A DNA stretch of 64,000 nt. Source: Amphiscolops sp. MND2022 (Eukaryota). The stretch spans positions 56,546,001 to 56,610,000 of the forward strand of contig OZ076409.1 of the NCBI GenBank assembly GCA_964187785.1, written 5' to 3'. The notes beneath the pieces are model-generated. The model was not told the DNA's origin, ran no database searches, and saw only the letters and a program-made list of their open reading frames with translations. Shown here one piece after another: positions 50,392-61,400 of this stretch. The stretch's first letter is position 1; each line of letters opens with the position of its first letter. Position numbers and translations under genes: made by a program.

Positions 50392-53069
50392 TCATCTTAG
50401 CAATGATTTTAGATGTTGTTCCTGCAAAACAGTGTTTTAGATGTTGTTGCGATGGACTAGTTTGTTCGTGGGCATCTTAGAAATTCTTTCTTTTCCATCA
50501 CCTGTTGGTTTTAGTTAGACTTCTCCACAAGATTCTTGATTGTTCTCGGTTTTGTTGGAGATTTTTTTCTCGAGCTAAAGGTCCTTGTTGTGGTGCATTT
50601 TTAGAAGAGAAAACAATCGTTTTTCTTGAAGGTCGTACATGTTCTGGGCGTATTTGTTATGACCCTTGCAAAGATTTTTACCAAGGTCTCCATAAGTTTG
50701 CAAAAACGCTTGTCAAAAGTACCAAGAGTTTCCGGACTGAGTTTTTTGCGAACAACAACGTCCTATTGCGTCATAACGCCAACCTGCAATAAACAGCAAT
50801 TGAGTTTATGTCACAATATCTTGAGCTCAAAGCTAAATTTTTTTTATATTGCAACAAAAAATTTCCCGAAAATAACTTTTCACCAGTCTTTATCAGAGAT
50901 ATTGTTTTAACAATCATTTGTGACGCATCGTTTTTAAACGGGCTTCCTTAAAACTTTTTTGCAGAAACTTTTATCCTCTCTTCAAAATTGGTAAGCAGCT
51001 TTTTAGCACAGATTAACTCTTATTGTTAAGATTAGTTGAGGCGATCAGAGTAAAAAAAGTTGTTCCGCAATTTTGGAGAAAGGAAAAAATATACATATTT
51101 TTTGAATCGTACTTCGTAGATCTATCGTGTACATGCATTTGGCCATATCAGTTCTAAAAAAATTACTAAGCTGTGTTAAACAGAGTTTCTGAGAATTACA
51201 GTAAAAGTATGAAAATCTTGTGGAGGGAAAATTGGAAATAATTGAAAGGTATGTACTCAATGTACACGTACTCGGAGTAGGATAAGACAATCGTTTACGG
51301 CAGGCTTTCGCGATCTCGTATTCCGCTCAAATTTGACGTAAGAATTGACGTAACAAATTAACAGATAAGTGAAGTCGTTCACACAAGCAAGAAAAATGAT
51401 CTTTCCCCAACAATTTCCACTCAAAGAACGTGCTGTATCAATTTTAAAACGGCGGAAAAGTATTGACACTGGAGATAAAATTTTCAGCTAAAGGGGATTT
51501 TGTTCACACCTGCTGATGACTGGTTTCTATTAGTCAACAATGGTGGGGTTCAAACTCTTGACAACGTTTCCAGCGAGAAGTGTGTGGGATGTATCAAGAA
51601 ATGCGTATCAGAGAAAAGCAACTGAAAGCAAGCGGCGGTTAGTTGATGATAACCAAATTTGATGGCCTGGTAGAACAAGAATTCGAGCGTACAATTCAGA
51701 TGGGAGGAGCCAAGTCAAAGAAAAATGGGTGGGAGGGGAATAAACTGGCGTGAAATTTGTAAAATGACCAATGGAGAATTACAATGGTAGAAATTAAGCA
51801 GATCTCTGCTTAGTGTAGCTTATTGATTAAAAAAAGCAAGGGAAATAAAGTTGTGATGAAAATAAAGTCTCACCTTTCGGTTTGTTTTTCCTAAATCATT
51901 CTGAGGCGGCCGTGTAGCTGTGGAGTAGCGGCGGTGGCCGTTGGTTCACCGGGGATAACACGAAAACAAGGTTTCGTCAATAAGGGATGACAGTTTTGAA
52001 AGGTGACGGAAAATTATTCTATGCGGAAGTAAAATGCGAAACGTGAGGACGAGAGCGTCGACAAGAGCAGACAGCCAAAGCAGATGCTAGTGCAATAGAA
52101 GATGGTAAGATGGTATGAGATAGAGGAGGTAGAAGGTTGGTGGCAGGTACGAGCAGTAGACAAACGACAGCAACAGAGGAAAGCACGGGGAATTACATTG
52201 GTGGTGGATTTGCAGGGAGGGAGCCAGGAGATGCGATGAGAGGAGAGAGGCGCAGTGATTGGATTTCAGAGGCTGCGGCGAGAAGAAGGTGGCGGCGACA
52301 GTGGTCGTCGTGTTGATGTGTGTTTGATGCAGCAGCAGCCACCGCCGCCTCAGCGAGACCAGCACCAGAATGGTAAGACAGTAAGTATGGTATGGTTTGG
52401 TATGGTATGGCACGCCATGGAGTGGTATGGGGGATATGACACGGTGAAAATAAAAGAACAATAAAAACAACGATCTCTTTTGTCACTTGCCAAACGTCCT
52501 CCTATGCAAGTATTCAATTCCATTATTATATAGTCACGTCAGTAGCACTTTTATTGTAGTATCATTAAGTATTGTCCTACTGTAGCTGCAGCTCTGCGAC
52601 ACGCACTCTTCATACAATACACAAGAGCCCCAACAATCTCAGTTGCCTCCTCATATCCAGCAAAGACACTCCCTCTACATGATTGTATTACCATCTCATC
52701 TCCCATTCTTTTTTAACCAAGAGGATGACAACATTGGAACGTTGCAACTAGCAAACGCAAAAACTACACGAGCTAGACTTATGATACTTATGAGACTAGA
52801 ATTGTTTTTTTTCGTGAATCAAGGGTCTGATTTCTTTACTAATCAAGATGTTCATTTACAGTGTATGTATACTTACATGTGTAGAGAACAACATTTTTTG
52901 CAACATACTGCACAACAGCGATGATCTTTTTCGAAAAAGGAGATAAGGAACGGATCGTCATTGATAGCAGTGCAACTAGTGTTATTCGCATTTGAAAACC
53001 AGAAACAGGGTTCAAGTTATTGCTGGGGTGCGCCTGTAACATATCAAGTGAAACTTCATTACGAATAGT

Positions 53070-55471
53070 TAATTTTTTCTGTCCATATTTCATATGGAAA
53101 AGGAAAACATTTAAGTGAAACGTTTTTTTTCTACAAAATTTGCCAAGCACCAAATTTATATCCAAGCTAAAGGGTTTCAACCATAGAATTCAACTGACGT
53201 AAAAGTAGTATCATGCGGTATGTATTTTTAGAGACTTTTGGACTTTTTTGGTTGCCCCAAAGACCCCGGAATGACCCAAAAATAACACCAAAAAAAAGCA
53301 ACATTTTCCATTTTTTAACGTTTTCAGGCAATTTTTGTCAAATAATCAATAGATTTCGTGGCTTAGAGCGTTGAAAACGTTCGAAAGAGAGATTTTGTTA
53401 TCCAAGAACCTTAAATTGACAAAATTTTCGAAAAATTCAGTTTTCTAACGTTTTATTGCAATTTTTGTCTACTTTTCGAAAGACTTGGAGGCTTAAAATG
53501 TTGAACGCGTTTAAGAAGGAAAAAATTCGTTGTCCGGGAGAATTGTGGTCCGAAATAAAGACAGTTCTACAGTGCTACAATGACACTAAAATCGTGAAAA
53601 CAACCATTTTTTTTTACAATTTAGTTTCCAACTCAAATTTTGTAAAAGTTATAACGTGTTCATAGATTAGAACTCTGAAACTGTTCACCAACAACAAAAT
53701 GCGCCGGTTTCTGATAAAAGTGTGCTTTAATTTGACACCAAAGTTGTCAAAAAGTCCAAAAAATTCCAGTTTGTGTAGATTCTTCACGTTGTTTGAGTAC
53801 AAACTTTGAGAATTTTTGTAAGTTCGAAGTTTCGAAACAATCAGAACCGAAAGCATCGGGTATGTATTGTCCTTTTTCGATGCGAAATTTCTGGTGTTTC
53901 TTACCACAAAAACTTCAAAACGACCCAAGTGAGTAGGAAAGCAAAAAGATTGAAATTTCAAACGTTTTTGTGCAATGTCTGTGAACTTTCCGAAAGTTCC
54001 TACGGTTAGAATTATAAAATGGTTCAACAACAAATGCAGTTGATATCCAGTTGGCTTTTGTGGGAGACTCTTGGTGATTTGTGTTTGGAAAAGTTCTCAA
54101 TATGAACGGAAGAGAGCATAAAAAATCGAATTGTTTTTCACGATTTAATTGTTTGTGAAAGTTTTCGTGAACTAGATGGTTCTAAAGCTTTTTTGGGGGA
54201 ATTTCGTAAATTTCGTATATTAGATGAATGAAAACATTAAACAGCAAACAATCTTTGAAAAAAGTAAAGTCAATTGCAGTTTCATGTACGAGAAGAGACT
54301 CAAAATGACATTTTTCGACATTTTAACGCAATTTTTGCTCAAACGTTTAAAATTTTCATAATTTAGAACTTCGAAACGTTTCATCAACATTCGAATAAGA
54401 AGTCTAGTAGGCTTTTCGAAAAAGTAATTACAAGTTCTCATAAGAAAGGTGCCTCAATTTCACCCCAAAAAATCGAAAACTAAAATCTATCCATTTTGTC
54501 AATTTTCCTGCGATTTGTGTACAAATCTAGAGAAGTTTTGTGGCTAAAGAAGGTTCAAAACACTCGAATCTGGACAAACGGACTACGCAGTTTCTATTTT
54601 GAAGTGAGAGTTGCAGTATTTTAATCAAAAACAATTCAAAAAAGACCCTGATGATTCGAAATTGAAAAAATTCAAATTCAAGGTTTCTTATGCAAAGTCC
54701 TTAGTTTTTTGAGAAGTTTCCATTGTTGGAAGAATGAGAATATCAACAGCGATCAAATGGGTTACGTTATCCAGTAGGCTTTTTGGAGGTCAATTGAATT
54801 GCAGTTTCACGTTAGTAACGGGACTCAAAATGACCGCAAAATAGTGAAAAAAAAACAAGTTTTGGCAGTTTAACAAATCAGTGAATTTTAAATGAAAGTT
54901 ACCAAAGTTTCGCATTCGAAGTATTTAAGTTTTTTAAATTGGCTTGCAAAATGTTGAAAAAATAGAAATTTACAATTTTGTAGGAAAAAAGTTTGTCAGA
55001 ACGACTTGAAAAAAGTAAAAAAAAAACTTTTTTTTGTTTTTGAATTAATTATTTATCTTTTGTAAACCTTTCGAGCAATTTTCTCATTCGAGAATGACTG
55101 GACCCGGTTTCCAACAGGCCTTTTTAAAAAAACGTCTGGGTTGTTCTGGTAAATATCCTTAAATGACCGCAATGTTGTCAAAAAAGCACATTTTTTCAAG
55201 TTTTGAAATTTTTGGCGACTTCGCTCAAAATTATAAAAACGTTTTGGTGTTCACACAACCTGACGAAAAAAAGGTGAAAAATAGGTGTTTAGTGAGTTCT
55301 TGAAGTGTTTTCTTCTGATATGGGATGACCTTATTCAGAAAGTGTCAAAACTTTTTCATCAACTTTTTCTATGCGTTTTCATAGTGCAATAGCTACTGTT
55401 GAGCCTCAAAAATATGTCATTGCTAAAACAGTTTGGACGGAGAATATCCTGCTGGTCAGCGGGCGTCTTGT
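53070..55471 (+). mobile_element. HINE family A, copy 2 (old, with long degenerate array)
   Basis: 5' end CCATATTTCATATGGAAAAGGAAAA; 3' end GGACGGAGAATATCCTGCTGGTCAGCGGGCGTCTTGT matches 5213-5249. Confidence 0.75.
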
Positions 55472-55596
55472 TATATAAAGTTTTCACATGTTAATGTTTC
55501 ATGGCATCAGTTGAACTTTACAGTTCTTCTAATTCAGTCCTCTCCGGATTCTTAGTGACAAACGTAGAATCACATTAGTTCAATAACTTCAGTTGA

Positions 55597-55889
55597 TGAT
55601 ATCAGGTCAAGATCTCCGAAGTCGAAATCTCCTGAGTTAGAATCTCCTAAGTTTAAGGTATCGTGATTAGCTACGTTCATATACCGATAGTGCCTAAATG
55701 GAGGAGCGAAGCGGAGTGACGTGCCGCTACTGGTCCAGCGGCTGGTTTTGACAAAGGCTGACCTGGAAGAAGAAAAACCGAGTAATACAACCATTTTTTT
55801 ACTTCTTCTTGTTTAATTGATTTTAACCTAGGAGTTTTTCGTTTAGCAGATTTTAACTTATTTTGTTTTTGGAGATTTTGACGTAATCC
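55597..55889. mobile_element. Degenerate MULE-like MITE
   Basis: AATCTCC/GGAGATT inverted units; ~70-bp internal core shared with 14150-14220. Confidence 0.55.
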
Positions 55890-57399
55890 AACTGATAAAC
55901 AAGAACTTATCATACGTGCAGCGACCGTTCAAAACATCTAAGTTACATTTTTGGAAGCCACTATTTAAGTGTCATTTTCACGAACATGATCTAAAGGTCT
56001 CAAATGTGCTAAGAAAATTAACATCATGATTGCACTTACTGCCAAGTTATCCGATGTGACAAAAATCTTGAATACTGTTCAAAAGTTGATTTTGCAACTG
56101 TCACCAAAAAGTTAAAATGACCAGAGCTTTTGTGTCCTGGTACCTAGTGTTTTCTAAGTGCAGGACCGAAACGAAGTGTCGGTAACAATAACTCCTAATT
56201 CAAAGTCAAGTTTTCAAAAAAAGGAATATCAAGAGAATCCGAGGAGGCCAAAATACCTGAGAAAAAACTCAAATACCGCTATGAGTTTTGAAGCTTCCAA
56301 ATGTTATCATGATTTGGACTATTACGAACTTGGATTTGATGGTCGCTAAACATTGTCCATTTTTTTAGCTACAAAACTACTACAAGTAGAATCATCTAGC
56401 AACTAAACGAGACTTCATTGATTGCCGGGACCGAGTACGACCACTAGATAGAAAGACACTGGTAATAAATTCGCAATATATTGGCACAATGATTCTGCAT
56501 GATTCTGCAGAGTGATAGAAAAGTTTATAGCCCCTGAGACAATGGAAGTGCCATTGGTATTCGTTCAGCCTTTTTTATGCGCAATTTATTACCTTTTTCG
56601 TGCTTAAGTATTTGATACGCTTGAGACTCTTGGAGTCGGTAAGTCGAACAAAACCTAGAAACTTCCACTTTGTTCCACTCCCAAGTGCAAGGTTTATTTG
56701 CCAATAATTCAAATATACAAACTATATTTAATATGATTCGAAGTCGTCTTTATTTCCTCTCTGTTTCTAAAAATGTGCTGGCATGCCATTGATTGTTATT
56801 TTCCGTCCATATTTCACATGGAAAAGGAAAATATTTAAATCAAACGGTTTTTTTTACAAAATTGGCCAGGAATTAGATTATATCCTAGCTAAAGGGTTTC
56901 ACCCATAGAATTCAACTGATGTAAAATTAGTATCATGCGGTATGTATTTGTCGAAATTTTTGGACATTTTCATTTGACCCCAAAGACCCCAGAATGACAC
57001 AAAAATGACCCCAAAAATAGTAAAAACTGCAAAATTTTCAATTTTATGCAGTTTCTGTCAAATTATCGATGAATTTCCTGGCATTGAATGTTGAAATTGT
57101 TATCGAAGAGGCTTTTTCAAAGAAATAAATGCAAATTTTTAATGAAAATGCCTCAAATTTAGACCCAAAATGACAAAAATACTCCAAAATTCAGAATTTT
57201 CAAATATTTATGCAATTTTTGTTTATTTTTCGAAAAACTTAGTGGCTTAGAATGTCAAAGACGTTCAAAAAGGAACAAATTAGTTGTCGTGGTTGCTTCT
57301 TGTAATAGATAAAAGCAATTGGTGTTGAAAAATGCATCAAATTCTGACCGAAATTGACAAAAACACAAAAAAAATCAAATTTTTAAAGTTTTATGGAGT

Positions 57400-57588
57400 T
57401 GTTCAATACTTTTGAAAATTATTGATGATTCATTTCCTTATTTTGCACATGAAATATCTAAAGTTGATTTAACCCGCGTATTTATTAGTCATTGGTGTTG
57501 GAACTTTCAGGAAGTAAAGTTAAATGATTAAATTATAGTTTCTTTTACAAAGAACTAAGCTAGTACAGATCTGTTTTGCTGCTGTACA
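57400..57588 (+). repeat. 5' LTR of the BEL/Pao element
   Basis: 188/189 identical to 63682-63870 by manual comparison. Confidence 0.98.
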
Positions 57589-57590
57589 TT

Positions 57591-57606
57591 TGGTCCCAGC
57601 CGAGAA
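57591..57606 (+). promoter_or_regulatory. Putative primer-binding site TGGTCCCAGCCGAGAA
   Basis: TGG begins 2 nt after the 5' LTR; cognate tRNA not identified. Confidence 0.6.
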
Positions 57607-57699
57607 AAAACGAACCAGGAAAGATTGGAAACGAAGGGAGCGGACATTCTGCAATTCCTAGTTTCACGCAAAAAACTGTTAGTTTGTTCCAATTTTCTG

Positions 57700-58314
57700 A
57701 TGATACACATCGTGGGAGCAAGTTGTCTCAGTCGCGCCTTTGGTCAGCTAGACAAAAAGCAAAAAACGTCTCTTACCAGTAAAATTACTGCAATTCCTTC
57801 TTTGTCCTTAAACCCAAACGTCAATTTTCAATTGAAATCTTTGCAATTTTTACTGAATAATGGCTCGTTAGGGAGCAAAAACAATCTTGTTTTGTGGCAC
57901 GATATTATCAATGACTCCTTGACAAAACACAAGTCGAACGGGTATACAGCTTTACACCCCAAAGCTTTGGTGGAAATACTTGAAAGCAATAAAAGTCGGA
58001 TCTCTGCAATTCTTTACTGTCATAGAACAGGAGCCCCCGATATCTTTAGCACTCTGCGACAAATTGACATCCCCATTATTAGAGTTACAAAAAATCTTGT
58101 TTCGAAGAAAAAGCAGCAGTGTGTTTCGCTTTTATTGGAATACAGTAAAATTCATCCCCATTATTATCTTGAGTTGAAATCTTTGTCCATTGTCCTGCGA
58201 TATAGTCGTAACTTGCAAGCTTTATCCAAAAATACTCGACGCGATAACAGGAAACTATCCCAGCGTAAAAGACGCTTGTTAAAGAAAAGAAACCGTTTAC
58301 GAAGTGTACACTAA
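57700..58314 (+). CDS. Accessory ORF (204 aa), SGNH/GDSL hydrolase-like with basic C-terminal tail
   Basis: Intact ATG-TAA ORF (frame open from at least 57625). Motifs HIVGASCL, AIPSLS, LVLWHDIINDSL and SKIHP occur in SGNH block I/II/III/V order; tail RRDNRKLSQRKRRLLKKRNRLRS. Confidence 0.7.
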   Translation: MIHIVGASCLSRAFGQLDKKQKTSLTSKITAIPSLSLNPNVNFQLKSLQFLLNNGSLGSKNNLVLWHDIINDSLTKHKSNGYTALHPKALVEILESNKSRISAILYCHRTGAPDIFSTLRQIDIPIIRVTKNLVSKKKQQCVSLLLEYSKIHPHYYLELKSLSIVLRYSRNLQALSKNTRRDNRKLSQRKRRLLKKRNRLRSVH

Positions 58315-58465
58315 ACACGAAGACAGATGTTAGTTTCTTGATGGTGTAGTGTTGTCTCTAGACATTAATTTGTCACTGGCCTATCTGCTTCCGTCAATAC
58401 AACTAACTAAACTTTCAGTTTGATCACAGTTAGTCATTGCTGAACTTTTGTAGCAACAATTAAGC

Positions 58466-61400
58466 ATGTCTGAAGAACCTAAACAAGATGTCGAGAAACT
58501 CATACGAGTTCGTGGTGGACATGGAGCTGCGTTTACGCGTCTGGAAAGAAAATTAGATGAATTTTTTGCTCATCCAATAGATGATTCTGAACGATTATGT
58601 GAAGCCGAAGCCCTATTGAGTACATTAAAAAACAAGTCATCAGACATTCATCGTTGGGATCGTGAAATAGAATTATTTATTGAAGACGAAAACGAACTTC
58701 TCGCTGAAATGGAGACGACTACTGATTTCGATCATAACGCTAGCATCACGGTAGCTAGACTGTCAGCTCTAATTAGCAACTATCACAAGTCCTTGGAAAG
58801 CATCAATAATCCTCCCCGTTATGAATCTTCCGGTCGCAATACGAGTAAACTCAAATTACCCAAATTGGAACTACCAACTTTTACAGGCTCCTACACGGAT
58901 TGGATGTCCTTCATTGATTTGTTCCGGGCATCTGTAGATTCCAACTCACAGTTGACCAATTCTGAAAAATTGAATTACCTCCGTGCTTGTTTGAAAGGTG
59001 ACGCGGCAAAATTGATCAGCTCCATCACTATAACAGATGCCAATTATACTATTGCAATGCAATTGTTGCAGGAACGTTACGAAAATAAACGTAGCATTGT
59101 TCAAGCACATTTGCAAATAAGTTGGTCGCAACCTTCAATGAAAATGGAGTCATCAACCGGCCTGCGAAAAATCTTGGAAACTACAAATGAGCACCTCAGA
59201 GCTTTGGCTGAATTGGGTCAACCCGTTGAACACTGGGATTCCTTTTTAGTTTTTTGGCTTACCGACAAAATGGATATTGAGTCAAGGAAGCAATGGCAAC
59301 TAGATCACCCAGGAACTGATTTACTCACCTGGGCAGAACCAGCAAAGTTTCTTGATACAAGAAGTCGGGCACTTGAAACTGGTTCTATTGTTCACAAAAG
59401 CATTCCGAATAGCACAAATCAGCCTCCTTGGAAGGAAAAAAGAATACAGTCGTATTCTGTGGTTACTTGTTCTGATTGCGATCCCGAGCACAAACTACAT
59501 GCATGCCCCGAATTCAAGAAACTGTCTGTTAGGGAACGCTTTCAGATTGCTAAAAGCAAACAAGTTTGTTTCAATTGCTTACAACAAGGACATAACGCTA
59601 ACTCTTGTTCTTCCAAATTCAAATGTCGTGAATGTAAACAAAAGCATCACACGCTTCTCCATTGGCCACAACAAACTGTTTCCGACTCACCGAAGTCTTC
59701 AAAGAAAAAGGAAAATGATTGGACTCGAGGTGATCAGATGAATACAATGACAAATAACCATTGTAGTGCTCAAGTTCCTCCTGTTTCTGTTCTTCTAGCA
59801 ACCGCTTTAGTGTCTATTCGAGATTCTAAAGGAAATCCAGTTCAACTGCGCGCTATGCTGGATTCCGGATCCCAAGCCAGTTTCATCACCAGTGATAAAG
59901 CTCGTGCACTGATGTTGGCTATGAAAAAGACAAGCACTACGTTGACACCACTCGGTGCTGGTACCACGCAAAGAGTCAATCAGTTGCTAGCCACAAAGCT
60001 CAACGACTCAATTGATGTTAATATGTTTATCTTACCAAAGATAACAAACCACATTCCATCACATGAAATCGACATTTCACAAATGCGGCATATTCGAAAT
60101 TTAAATATGGCCGACCCCCAATTCAACGTGCCTAGCACTATTGATGTTTTGCTTGGAGCAGACGTCGTTGAAGAAGTCATGGTGGACAACCGTATTAAAG
60201 ATAACGGTGTTTACCTGCGGGAATCAATATTTGGTTGGATTGTGTCTGGTCCAATCAAAACGACGACAGCTGAAGTCAATTACTTTTCTTGTCATGTTAT
60301 CACGACACCGACCACTGATTCCCTTCTAAGTAAGTTTTGGGCGCTAGAAGAAGTCCCTGCACGCAAACTGCTAACTCTTGAAGAAACCCAATGTGAGGAA
60401 CATTTTTTGTCCACAACAAAACGCAATCACGAAGGTCGATTTGTCGTTCGAATGCCTTTCAAGGGAGGAGAGTTCAAACTAGGTTTGAGCAAAAACCTTG
60501 CTATGCGACGGTTTTTAAACTTGGAAAGAAAATTGAAACGTGATCCCGAGTTGCAAAAAAGGTACTCAGACTTCATAACCGAGTTTATTGACTTAGGACA
60601 CATGAAGAAAGTGCCAAATAGCGAACTGAATAACTCTCAGAACTTTTATCTTCCTCATCATTGCGTGTTCAAGGAAGACAGTTCCACAACAAAACTGCGA
60701 GTTGTTTTTGATGCAAGTGCAAAAACAACAAGTGGTTTCTCTTTGAATGATTGCCTAAGGGTAGGCCCTAAACTTCAAGATGATTTATTCGATATTCTTA
60801 TTCGATTCCGATTTTTCAAGGTAGCGATGTCCGCAGACGTAGCTAAAATGTATCGTCAAGTCGAATTACAGAAATGTGATCGAGATTTTCATCGTATCCT
60901 CTGGCGATTCTCAGGCAAAAAGGAAATTGAGACATTTAGAATGACCCGCGTAACCAATGGTGTGGCTAGTTCATCTTTTCATTCCATTCGATCTTTATCA
61001 GAATGTGGAAACTTTGAAACAACTCCCAAAGAGGTCAAAGAAGCACTTCAACGTGATTTTTACGTCGATGATATTTTGACTGGCGCTAGTTCTGCATCGA
61101 AGGCAAAGGAACTTCAAACTGGTCTAATTTTTACTCTGAAGCAGGCTCAATTTGATTTGAGGAAATAGACGAGTAGTGATCCAGAACTTGTTCTGAGTCT
61201 CCCACCTGAGTACAGGGAGGCAAACGAAAACTTCAAATTTCTAGACGAAGAACACACAATAAAGACATTAGGAATTGTTTGGAACCCTTCGTCGGATAAG
61301 TTTCGCTTCACTATTTCGAAATCGAATTCCTTGAAGGCAGAATCAATCACCAAACACCAAATGCTGAGTGATATTGCTCAAACATTTGACCCTCTTGGTT

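Noticed and set aside
57625..57699. N-terminal extension of the accessory ORF from TTG
   Set aside because: Non-ATG start from the ORF caller; the first ATG at 57700 directly precedes the block I-like motif
61166..61168. Programmed stop-codon readthrough in BEL pol
   Set aside because: The stop lies inside RT at a conserved Trp (LRKW), not at a gag-pol junction
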